Assembly: GCA_963789395.1 (NCBI GenBank)
Contig: CAWBKP010000012.1
Location: 1-64,000 of the forward strand
DNA: 64,000 bases
Reading direction: 5' to 3'
From: an uncultured delta proteobacterium
GTDB taxonomy: Bacteria > Desulfobacterota > Desulfobacteria > Desulfobacterales > Desulfatirhabdiaceae
This document shows positions 24,256 to 33,766 of the stretch, piece after piece (the first letter of the stretch is position 1; each line of letters opens with the position of its first letter). Below the pieces are notes generated by a model that saw only the letters and a program-made list of their open reading frames with translations, was not told the origin of the DNA and did not search any database. The position numbers and the translations under genes were made by a program.

Positions 24256-25831
24256 ATGCACGTACCCATGACCCCCAGTCGAATCCTGAAAAGAGCGGTG
24301 AAACTGTATCCGGAAAAAGTTGCGGTGGTGGACGGCGATATCCGCTGGACCTACAAGGACGTTGAAAAACGCGTCTTTCAGGTATTTCATGCGGAACAGG
24401 CAATGGGCATTTCCCGGGGCGGACGGGTGGCCATGCTGGACTTTAATTCCTATCGCTATCTTGAGCTGTATTTCGGCATGGCCCTGACCGGCGATGTGCT
24501 GCTGCCCCTGAACATCCGCCTGACCGCCGCCGAATACACCTATATTTTAAACAATGCCGAAGCAGAAGCCATCATTTTTCACGCCGATTTCAAACCCACG
24601 ATCGCCAGAATCCGCCCGGATCTTCTGACCGTGAAGCAGTTTTTCATTGCCGAAGGTCCTGCCGATGAGCCCTGGATTACCGGAACCTATGAAGACAGTA
24701 TCTCCAAGGCGGCGTCCGATCCCGTGGAATCGGCACTGGAAGATGAAAACGCGGTGCTGAACCTTTATTACACGAGCGGCACCACCGGAAACCCTAAGGG
24801 CGTCATGCTGACCCACCGGAACATCTACGCCAACGCGCTGACCACCATCATTTCCTTCAAGCTGGAAGACGCCACGGTCTGGCACCACATCGCCCCGCTC
24901 TTTCACCTTGCCGATGCGTTCTTTATCTGGTCCGTCACCTATCAGGGCGGAAAACACGTCATGCAGCGCCAGTTTGTGCCAAAGGCGGTTCTGGAAACCA
25001 TGCAGAGCGAAAAAGTCACCGCTGCCATGATGGTGCCGACCATGATCAATTTTCTCTTGAATGTCCCGGAGATGGAAACGTTTGACCTGTCATCCCTTGC
25101 AGTGGGTCATGGTGGGCGGTGCGCCCATGTCTCCTGCCAATGCCAAGCGCATGACCAGACAACTGGGATGCAGATATATTTCCGGTTACGGCCTCACCGA
25201 AACCTGCCCGCTGCTGACTGTCGGCAATCTCAAGGACACGTTAACAGATCTTTCCGAAGATGAACAGATGGCCTATATCACCCGGACCGGTCTGGAAGTG
25301 GTGGGAGTGGATTTAAAAGTCGTGGATTCGGAAGGAAAGGAAGTCCCCAAAGACGGTAAAACCGTCGGCGAGATCATCGCCCGGGGGGATAATGTCATGA
25401 AAGGGTACTGGAAGCTGCCCCAGGAAACCGAAACAGCCATTGTCGGCGGCTATTTCCGCACGGGCGATCTGGCAACCGTCGATGCCGAAAATTATATCCT
25501 GATCGTGGACCGCGCCAAGGACATCATCATCAGCGGCGGGGAAAACATTTCATCGGTTGAAGTGGAAAACGTCCTTTACATGCACCCGTCCGTTCTGGAA
25601 TGTGCTGTCATCGCCGTTCCGGATGAAAAATGGGGTGAAATTCCCAAAGCCATCGTAACCCTGAAACCCAATACCCAGGCAACCGAAAAAGAGCTGGTCG
25701 ACTTCTGCCGAGAACGCCTGGCCGCTTTCAAGTCCCCCAAATCCATTACTTTCGTCTCCGAACTGCCCAAAACCGGCTCCGGCAAAATCCTCAAGACCGA
25801 ACTGCGAAAGGGGCTTAAACCATATTTATAA
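24256..25831 (+). CDS. Long-chain fatty acid-CoA ligase, frameshift near 25100
   Basis: YTSGTTGNPKG, YGLTE, FRTGD, DRAKDIIISGGENI, LPKTGSGK. Confidence 0.93.
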
Positions 25832-25833
25832 CA

Positions 25834-26065
25834 ATGGGGGCCGTGTAATTAAAATCGGCAATTCACATGTTTATGTATTATTCTGGTACAAACAGGAATT
25901 ATATGATGTTGAATCAGGTAAAACAATCAAATCATCATGCGCTTATGAAAAATGCGGGAAGGATGATAAAGCCTTTAAAATGATGGGTGACAAGCGAAGA
26001 CGAGCCCCTCGATGAAAAAAGCATTCCAAATACTTTGGACGATGAGACGGAATCGGCAATGGTAG
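25834..26065 (+). pseudogene. AbrB/MazE antitoxin remnant
   Basis: Fragments RVIKIGNS, NQIIMR, AFKMM and terminal QW-stop (caatggtag) overlapping the toxin ATG; many indels. Confidence 0.6.
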
Positions 26066-26369
26066 TAAGGCGCTTTGACGTTTACTTGGTGGGTCTTATC
26101 CGCATTCGACAAATTGCAGACTTTGTTTGGTTGTTTGCGCTGATGAAATGAATCAAAATATTCGAACCGTTATCGTCGCGCCGATGACTTCTAAAATTAG
26201 AGATTACCCTACACGTGTCCCTTGCGTATTCAGAAAGAAGCACGGTCATCTTGTACTGGATCAAATGCGCACGATTGATAAAGCACGACTTATCAAAAGG
26301 CTTGGGATGATTGATTCAAAAACTCAATTAGACGTAGTTTCTGTATTACAGCGGATGTTCGCGTTTTAA
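26059..26369 (+). pseudogene. PemK/MazF toxin with damaged N-terminus
   Basis: MVVRRFDVYLV, then DEMNQNIRTVIVAPMTS...LDQMRTIDKARL; the GSEIxKTRP segment is not recoverable. Confidence 0.75.
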
Positions 26370-26494
26370 AAAGGCCCGGTCTTCATTCAAACTGACGGAA
26401 TTCAAAGGGGCCGTCGATTCGAGAATCATGCGGCTTTTGGCCGTTCAGGAAATTTCAAGAGTTGTTTTTGAGACAACAGTGGGAGGAATTTAGC

Positions 26495-27180
26495 ATGCCT
26501 CGCGGAAAACAATCAAAAGGAAATTGTATCCATTGCGGGCTTGAAATTGCCAAGGGTGGCGTCACCAGACACCTTTCGGCCTGCAACGCATGGAAAGCGC
26601 TTCTGACAAAAACAGAACGCAAAAAAGGTGGCAGCCAATCACTATATCATCTTCGGATACAGGCAGCAGGGCAACCCCAATTCTGGCTGGATGTGGAAAT
26701 GCGCGGGAACTCAACCCTGGAGCAATTGGATCACTACCTCCGGGCGATATGGCTGGAGTGCTGCGGGCACATGAGTCAGTTTACTTTTGGCAGCAACTGG
26801 GGAGAAATGATCTCCATGCGGCGACGGATCGAGGAGATCTTTGAACCGGGAATTGAAATAACCCATATCTACGACTTTGGAACTTCATCGGAGACATTGA
26901 TCAAGGTAGTCGGCATCCGAGAGGGAAAACCCGTGACATCGCGTCCGATAGCACTCCTGGTCCGCAACGTGATGCCGGAGTCGCAATGCATCGAATGCTG
27001 GGCAACCTGCCGCATGGCTGTGCCTGGAGTGTCTGTATGAAGAAGACCAGTGGGGAACCCTGTGCGACAAGCACGCAAAGTCACATCCTCACAAGGACGA
27101 TGGCTGAGCCCATTCCGATGGTGAATTCGCCCCGTTTTGGCATGTGCGGTTATGTCGGGCCGGCAGAGCCGCCGTATTGA
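26495..27180 (+). CDS. Cys-rich hypothetical protein with pRiA4b ORF-3/TnpR-like core, frameshifted
   Basis: TLEQLDHYLRAIWLECCGHMSQF, YDFG, NSPRFGMCGY, flanking CxxC motifs. Confidence 0.6.
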
Positions 27181-27206
27181 ATGTTGCATGGATCAGGAGA
27201 CTTGCA

Positions 27207-27805
27207 GTGAAAGATAATTATGCAATAATTCTGCAAAACAATCTGGATCGACTTTACGCTGATATGCCTGATAACCTTGCCGAAAACCTTCCGGCGCAGC
27301 AGGACGGGGAGCGGTTTGTTTTTGATGCCTTTGGTGAAAAATGCGTGATTCAACCAAAAGCAATAACGCTCGGTGAGAAAGAACACTCCTCCGTGTTCGG
27401 TATTTTGATATCGCTTTACGCCTTGAATGCCCGTCCGGAAATTTGTATTCTTTCCCCTTTTAAATCCTTCAAGGAGTTTCCAGGCAGCATGCCTTATGTA
27501 GGCGCTTTTGCAACGCATACCGAAAAATTACTCGTCCCTCATTTCGCTGACATTAAAGAAGCGGTGCAGACAATTACGGGAACGCTTAATGGAGAAAAAG
27601 CGCCCTCGGAAACAGGCGGGGATTTTTCCTTTATTGTTTATCCACTGCCAAAAATCGCGTTATGCTATATTTTTTACGATGCGGATGATGATTTCCCCCC
27701 TTCGGTAACATGCCTGTACTCGAACAACGCAAATAATTTCTGCCGATAGACGGACTTGCTGATGTGGGGGAATACACGTCCAGAAAAATTCTGGATATCA
27801 TCTGA
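27207..27805 (+). CDS. DUF3786-like protein, frameshift near 27735
   Basis: FKSFKEFPGS, GDFSFIVYPLPKI, YDADDDFPPSVTCLYSNNA. Confidence 0.7.
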
Positions 27806-27892
27806 TGATACAATCGGCGAAGCAACAAAGACTGTCAACTGAACAGCACCTTCAAATGGAATTTTGGGAAAACGGAGGCGGACGAATTCACG

Positions 27893-28609
27893 ATGCAGGT
27901 GCATACTGATGATCCCCTTATTGAATTTCCCGAAAAAAGTCTGATCGCTAAATTCTGTCGACGCGAAAAACGCTTTTTGGCCGAAGTTGAATCAAACGGG
28001 GAAAGATATTGGGTCCACTGCAACAATTCAGGCACCATGCTCGGTTTGCTGCGGCCCGGCGCCGATGTGCTGATTTCGCCGGCCCGGGGGAAGGGCCGAC
28101 GCTTGCCTTACACCCTGGAGTTGGTTAGGCTCGGCGATATGTGGGTGGGGGTCAACACCCTCACGCCCAACCGGATGCTGCGAAAGGCCTGGGAATTATC
28201 CCTCATTCCCGAACTGTCACCCTACACCGAGTACCAAAGCGAAGCAAGGTTGGTATCCAGCCGCCTTGATGCCCGCTTGACAGGAACTGTCGGGACACTC
28301 TGGGTCGAGGCGAAGAACGTCACGCTCGTGGAAGACGGGGTGGCGTATTTTCCGGACGCGGTAACACAAAGAGGCCAAAAACATTTACGGGAGCTTATGG
28401 AGCTGGCCCTTACCGGTTGCCGGGTCGCATGCTTTTACCTGATACAGAGACCCGATGCGCATTGCTTTGCACCTGCCGATTTTATCGATGAAAAATATTC
28501 GGAGTTATTTCATCAGGCATTGGAAGCGGGCGTCGAAGCTTGGCCTTATCAAGCCACAGTCTCTCCGGAGGGTATCGGTCTCGGCTTGCCGCTGCCTCTT
28601 TTGAAATAG
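27893..28609 (+). CDS. sfsA: DNA/RNA nuclease SfsA
   Basis: RREKRFLA, HCNNSGTM, SRLD, EAKNVTL, FPDAVTQRGQKHL. Confidence 0.93.
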   Translation: MQVHTDDPLIEFPEKSLIAKFCRREKRFLAEVESNGERYWVHCNNSGTMLGLLRPGADVLISPARGKGRRLPYTLELVRLGDMWVGVNTLTPNRMLRKAWELSLIPELSPYTEYQSEARLVSSRLDARLTGTVGTLWVEAKNVTLVEDGVAYFPDAVTQRGQKHLRELMELALTGCRVACFYLIQRPDAHCFAPADFIDEKYSELFHQALEAGVEAWPYQATVSPEGIGLGLPLPLLK

Positions 28610-28875
28610 TAATTCGTTTGTAACTACTCAGGCATGCAGAATTCAGAATAGCCCGGAAAACAGGCCGCAAATTCTGAGCCAGGAAGGGTAGTCTGGAGAA
28701 GCATTAGAACTCGTTGCGGGGATCCGAGGCTGTCAGGAATCCCCCTGTCTTTGGTTCTACCCTGATGGCGTTGACGTCACGGGGGGCGCTCCTATTCTTG
28801 ACGGATTGATGTTTATGGATGGACGCTTGTTGTAAGCCCTTTGACATATGGCAATATTACTTTTGGAGATGAACC

Positions 28876-29502
28876 ATGCGAGAACTGAACCGTTTTTTTC
28901 TATGCACTGCCCTGTTGTTTTTCTGTGTATTGTTAGCCACCCCGACGTTTTCCGAGGAAAAAAATGCCGCTTCGCCCGCCTCCGGGATCACGGCTGTCAT
29001 GACCACATCCAAAGGCGTGATCCATCTGAAGCTCTATGACAGGGACGTGCCTTATACCGTAGCGAACTTTGTAAATCTTGCAAACAGAGGGTATTACAAC
29101 GGCCTTGCCTTTCACCGGGTCATCAATGGTTTTATGGTTCAGGGCGGCTGCCCGCTGGGTACCGGAACCGGCGGTCCGGGCTATTCATTTGAGGATGAAT
29201 TTGTTCCCGCCCTGATTCATGACAAGCCCGGCGTCCTGTCCATGGCCAATGCAGGCCCGAATACCAACGGCAGTCAGTTTTTCATCACCCACGTTCCCAC
29301 CCCATGGCTGAACGGCAAGCACACGGTGTTCGGCTGCGTCCTGGGAAGGGAAGACATGGCGGTAGTGAACAGTATCGTGAAAGGCGATACCATTATTTCC
29401 GTGCGTATTGACGGGGATACAACGGCACTGATGGAAAAAGCCAAGGACAAAGTGGCGGCCTGGAACAAAGTCCTTGATGTGAAATATCCTATTAAAAAAT
29501 AG
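28876..29502 (+). CDS. Cyclophilin-type peptidyl-prolyl isomerase with signal peptide
   Basis: [40 protein letters not shown]. Confidence 0.95.
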   Translation: MRELNRFFLCTALLFFCVLLATPTFSEEKNAASPASGITAVMTTSKGVIHLKLYDRDVPYTVANFVNLANRGYYNGLAFHRVINGFMVQGGCPLGTGTGGPGYSFEDEFVPALIHDKPGVLSMANAGPNTNGSQFFITHVPTPWLNGKHTVFGCVLGREDMAVVNSIVKGDTIISVRIDGDTTALMEKAKDKVAAWNKVLDVKYPIKK

Positions 29503-29515
29503 GGCCTGTTCAATT

Positions 29516-30016
29516 TTATAATGGAAAAAACATTACGGATGTTGCAATTTTGCCGCTATCCATCAGTTTGCCATCATAGGTAAACGAAATCGCACTGGTA
29601 TTTGCCGGTACGGGAAATGTTCTATCAAAATTCATGGGAAACATATGAATCTGATGTTTGTAATCTGCAGAATACAAAACGACATCATCAAGAACTGTTC
29701 CCGTGTTGTCCAGAAAGAGCAATTGAACGACAAGCCGATCAACTGAGCTGAAACCGATATAAAAACCGCCCACCAGGTCAACCGCTCCATACAGTCTGAG
29801 GGTTTCTGGCGTCATATGGTATTTGTAATTGAGTGCAAGCTCATTTGTTTTCCAGACACCCTGTTGATCCCCTTGCTGAAGTTGAATCACATAATCAGTT
29901 TGGGTTATTGCGGCATCTTTATAAGTGAAATATCTGCCACTGCAGCCGGCTAAAATAACAGCTGCGACCATGATTAAAAAAGACAGTTTCAGAAATCGAT
30001 ATATTTTTATGTTCAT
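29516..30016 (-). CDS. Hypothetical lipoprotein
   Basis: Signal peptide with lipobox LAGC; GGAGG ribosome-binding site upstream. Confidence 0.7.
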   Translation of the reverse strand: MNIKIYRFLKLSFLIMVAAVILAGCSGRYFTYKDAAITQTDYVIQLQQGDQQGVWKTNELALNYKYHMTPETLRLYGAVDLVGGFYIGFSSVDRLVVQLLFLDNTGTVLDDVVLYSADYKHQIHMFPMNFDRTFPVPANTSAISFTYDGKLMDSGKIATSVMFFPL

Positions 30017-30109
30017 GGCACATAACCTCCAACACGAAATGTTTCATCTATGGATGAAGTTTATCACCCGTCCATATCAATAGGGATCGTGCCGTATAAA
30101 GTCAATGTG

Positions 30110-30197
30110 TCGAACAACGCAAATCAATTTCTGCCGATTGGCGGGCTTGCTGATGTGGGGGAATGACACGTCCAGAAAAATACAGGAAATAATCTGA
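30110..30197 (+). repeat. Diverged direct copy of the DUF3786 gene 3' end (27720-27805)
   Basis: tcgaacaacgcaaat(c)aatttctgccgat..cttgctgatgtgggggaat..cacgtccagaaaaat occurs at both sites. Confidence 0.85.
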
Positions 30198-30297
30198 ATC
30201 GGGCGGATATCGGCATGATGATACCGGAGGATCTTCACTGAAGAACAGTAGGTGCTATCTTTCAAAGTCGATCCGAAACCCTTGGGTCGGTCTTTAA

Positions 30298-30440
30298 TCT
30301 GCATCCGGATAGATTCAAAAACAAATTGCTCAAACCGACCTCACTGCCAGAGACCGTCTGGATCAATAACCCAAAAAAACCTTTTAAAGTGACTGATCTG
30401 GTAAGAGTATTATTTAATCAAATGCGCGTCTCAATTTATC
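30298..30440 (+). mobile_element. IS3-family transposase C-terminal remnant
   Basis: HPDRFKNKLLKPTSLPETVWINNP resembles the HPERF..P..LP..VWIN.P tail of an IS3-family subgroup. Confidence 0.55.
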
Positions 30441-30446
30441 TTTGGC

Positions 30447-31554
30447 TTATATCCGTCTATCCTGCCCCTGGCGAACGGCACGGAAATGGTTGTGGACATT
30501 CTTGTCCATGCTCAAATCCCATCCGTCGAAAAAGTGCTCACCCCACGCGGCGTAGGGAGCGTATGCATTGGTAGTAGAAGACCAATAAAATGACGAGAAC
30601 GTATCTGGAAAGTAACTGGTATCGATTGCCGGGCCATACCGGCTGTAATCCAAAAGACTTCTCAGCTCTTTTTTGGTGGGCAACCGCCAGTCCGTGTAAC
30701 CGGCCAGATTCAGGCTTTCACAGTATGACAACGCCTCATCCCATGTCATTTCAATAACTGGCGTATCCTGCTGCCACATCAGGCCCGTAGCGGTATCGGA
30801 AACCGTGCCATCGTGGTTATCCACATAGGCAGGCTGAGACTGCTTCCCACGAACAGCACGGGCATAGAACTTGTAATCCTTAGCTACGTGGTCATCGTAG
30901 CCGTATTCGAAGGTCAATGCCCACGCAGAGCTCTTATCGTAGGAATAATCAGTGAAAGACCAATAATAATCCGGTTGGGTGCTCGGGAAAAAAGCGGTAT
31001 TGATTGTCGGCCCAGGATTCGGAATATTGTAGTTTACGATAGAGTCCAACTCCTTGATGGTGGGAAGCCGCCAGTCGTCGTACCCGCCAAAATCGGCGTC
31101 ATTCAGTGCGTTGATAAATTCTTCGGTATCGAATGTGGCTTCGCCGTCACCCTGGGTGCCGGCATAGTCACCGTTTGTGCCATTGGTTGTACCAGATATA
31201 TACGTTGTCTGCATCATGGGGGTTGCTGTAATCCGGTGTCCCATCCAAGTCTGTTTTCACCTCCCAGATCAGGCCGGTGACATTGTCCCGGACCATCACC
31301 CATGGTTGGGTCGATTTCTTCGGCAGCGCCTCGCCGTTGTTATCGAGCTTGGTATAAGACATCGGGTGAATGCTGTAATTGGCGTCCTGTCCATAAAATG
31401 GGCTTTTACGTGACTTGCAAGGGTTGATGATGTTTCCGAGATCATCGTAGCATGTTGTCTGTCCGGTTTCGGGAACTGGCGAGGCCAACGCAACCGCAGC
31501 AAAAATCAGTGAAGCAATGCATCCAAAAATCCCCATCAGATCTCTTTTTTTCAC
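30447..31554 (-). CDS. Secreted DUF1566/Lcl-domain protein with two domains, frameshift near 31200
   Basis: Signal peptide, PETGQTTCYD, DNVTGLIWE, GYDDWRLPTIKEL, DTATGLMWQ, GYTDWRLPTKKEL, YWSST, RAVR. Confidence 0.88.
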
Positions 31555-31628
31555 AATCGCGTCCTTTTCTGTAGATTTCAATTGGTGTCTGTTGCAAGGA
31601 GTTTTCCCACCCTTGGCCTTTGCCCAAT

Positions 31629-31662
31629 AAAAAAAACCGGATCACCTTTTCAGGCAACCCGG
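31629..31662 (-). terminator. Intrinsic terminator overlapping the riboswitch 3' strand
   Basis: Minus strand ccgggttgcct-gaaa-aggtgatccgg followed by a T8 run. Confidence 0.8.
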
Positions 31663-31725
31663 CTATCTTTTTCAAGATCCGCAGCTTTCCGTCCCTACTT
31701 CACAGTAGGTTTGGCATTTTCTTGT
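31651..31725 (-). ncRNA. c-di-GMP-I (GEMM-I) riboswitch
   Basis: Minus strand GCCAAACCTACT-GTGA-AGTAGGGACGGAAAGCTGCGGATCT..AGATAGCCGGGTTGCC matches the GEMM-I pattern, including a GNRA loop. Confidence 0.88.
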
Positions 31726-31812
31726 ATTTCATTGTTGCTCATGGAGTGGTCGAATTGTCAAGGAGTATATTAATGAGTATTATTTGGGTAATTTGCTACC
31801 CATTCCAAGCTC

Positions 31813-31945
31813 GATGACCTCGCAAAAAGTCAATAATCACGATATCTCGTCATTCCGGCGAAAGCCGGAATCCAGTGTTTTCGGATAATTGCTGAAAGAC
31901 TGGACACCGGTTTTCACCGGTGTGACGACTTTTTGCGAGCCCATC
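31813..31945. mobile_element. MITE-like element: 19-bp TIRs around a REP doublet
   Basis: gatgacctcgcaaaaagtc / gactttttgcgagcccatc (17 of 19 match) enclosing gtcattccggcgaaagccggaatccag and ctggacaccggttttcaccggtgtgac. Confidence 0.7.
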
Positions 31946-32091
31946 AACCTTTTCTTTTGAAAAATAAACCTCGATTGGTCTGCTAAGTGCCTACAGGCGG
32001 TTTTTCATTGAATTCATATCAACAAAGTTCTATAGATTCACTATGAGGCGTTTTTCAGGACAACAGAAGCTTTTTTTGTCGGGAGAAAATT

Positions 32092-32358
32092 ATGGCTGTC
32101 GGGTGGGCCCGAGATGGGGCTGTTCAGGATCAGATTGATGCAAGCGTAAAAGATGCGGTAAGCCTTGCCAGGAGTCGGTTGCCTCATGGCGAGAGCTTGA
32201 CGAATTGTATGGAATGCGGAGACATTATTCCGGAGGCTCGCCGCAAAGCGATTCCAGGGGTTTGTTTGTGCATTGTATGTCAGTCGGAACTCGAAACGAA
32301 ACAGACCGAATCTGGCGGTTACAACCGACGCGGCAGCAAAGACAGTCAATTAAAGTAA
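32092..32358 (+). CDS. DksA/TraR-family C4 zinc finger (YbiI-like)
   Basis: MAVGWARDGAVQDQID, CMEC..IPEARRKAIPGV..CIVC, YNRRGSKDSQL. Confidence 0.92.
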   Translation: MAVGWARDGAVQDQIDASVKDAVSLARSRLPHGESLTNCMECGDIIPEARRKAIPGVCLCIVCQSELETKQTESGGYNRRGSKDSQLK

Positions 32359-32436
32359 TCCTTGTCATGGGTGTATCCGGGAATTTAAAAAATATTTGCA
32401 GACATGGTCAACATAAACGAATAAGGAGGCGACGAT

Positions 32437-33033
32437 ATGTATGCATTAGCCATAAACGGAAGTCCGCGTCAGGGTGGGAATACTGAGCAGCTTTTGAAGA
32501 CGGTACTCGGTGAGTTAACTGCGGCCGGCTGGGAAACCGAGCTTGTAAAGATTGGTGGCACGGCCATCCGAGGCTGCCTTGCCTGCGGAAAGTGTTTTGA
32601 GACGAAAGACAATCAATGTGCCACGAAAAAGGATAAATTCAACGAATTCTTTGCAAAGATGTTGCAGGCCGATGCCATAATATTGGGCTCCCCGACCTAT
32701 TTTGCGGCGGTATCCGCCGACTTGAAAGCATTGATTGAACGGGCCGGTTTTGTTGCCATTGCCAATGATCACGCTTTTTCGGGAAAAATCGGGGCGGCAG
32801 TCGTGGCTGTCAGACGCGGCGGCGCCACACATGCCTATGACACGATCAACCACATGTTTCAGATGTCCAGGATGGTCATTCCCTGCTCAACATATTGGAA
32901 TATGGGTTTTGGTCTGGATAAAGGAGACGTGCTTGGGGACGCGGAAGGCTTGGCAAACATGCGCCACCTTGGAAAAAGCATCGATTGGCTGGGCAGGGCT
33001 ATTAAACCCCATATTGCAAGCTACCCAAAGTGA
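32437..33033 (+). CDS. Flavodoxin-family iron-sulfur flavoprotein
   Basis: NGSPRQGGNT, CLACGKC..C, GSPTYF, RRGG. Confidence 0.92.
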   Translation: MYALAINGSPRQGGNTEQLLKTVLGELTAAGWETELVKIGGTAIRGCLACGKCFETKDNQCATKKDKFNEFFAKMLQADAIILGSPTYFAAVSADLKALIERAGFVAIANDHAFSGKIGAAVVAVRRGGATHAYDTINHMFQMSRMVIPCSTYWNMGFGLDKGDVLGDAEGLANMRHLGKSIDWLGRAIKPHIASYPK

Positions 33034-33131
33034 TGACGCAGAACGCCGGTAGCAAGGCAGACCAGTCCCAAATCAATTGACAAGTATTCCTGAAGCGTCA
33101 AACAGCGTCACTCAAAACGAAGGATGTACAC

Positions 33132-33599
33132 ATGCAAGAACCGCCTATCACCCATCTTGAACGTCGCAAGATTGAGGCAGGGGTATTGATTCCCATGGTT
33201 CAAGCCTTTCAGCAAGCTTTTGGGAAGGAGCGGGCGAATGAAATCTCCCGGGAAGTCATCATGGCGCTAGCTCGAAAAGACGGCGAACGATGGGCCCGGC
33301 AGTTCGGGACTGATCTGGAAGCGATGGAACAGGTCACCGGCGTCTGGGCGGGCGGAGGCAGTCTTGATATTGAGCCTGTCGGAAAGTCAGAGGACAGACT
33401 TGACTTCAACGTAGTACGCTGCCGGTATGCGGAGTTCTATAAAGAGCTCGGCCTCACCGAACTTGGTTATTTATTCCATTGCAACCGGGATTTCGGAATG
33501 GTGGAAGGATTCAGTCCCGATCTCACGCTGAAACGAACTCAAACTATCATGCAAGGTGCCGCTTATTGTGATTTTCGTTTCATGCGGAAAGCCATTTGA
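33132..33599 (+). CDS. L-2-amino-thiazoline-4-carboxylic acid hydrolase family protein
   Basis: FNVVRCRYAEFY, CNRD, RTQTIMQGAAYCDFRF. Confidence 0.85.
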   Translation: MQEPPITHLERRKIEAGVLIPMVQAFQQAFGKERANEISREVIMALARKDGERWARQFGTDLEAMEQVTGVWAGGGSLDIEPVGKSEDRLDFNVVRCRYAEFYKELGLTELGYLFHCNRDFGMVEGFSPDLTLKRTQTIMQGAAYCDFRFMRKAI

Positions 33600-33766
33600 A
33601 CAGGTGCGGTCCATTCGGCATTGTCCCAAGGCTGTTTCTATTTAAGGATTTTCATAGAATCTCTTTTCAACTATCGTAAAAAACGCAGTTTGTCTGTAAT
33701 AAAGCAGTACGGTTGATTAGGATGGTGTTCCCGGATTACCCAATAACTATGAAGGAGGGTTTTTCG

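Noticed and set aside
30447..31554. Diversity-generating retroelement (DUF1566 target plus Avd-like fragment at 45000)
   Set aside because: No reverse transcriptase and no template repeat differing at adenines was seen; the Avd-like fragment is 13 kb away and broken. A remote DGR elsewhere in the genome cannot be excluded.
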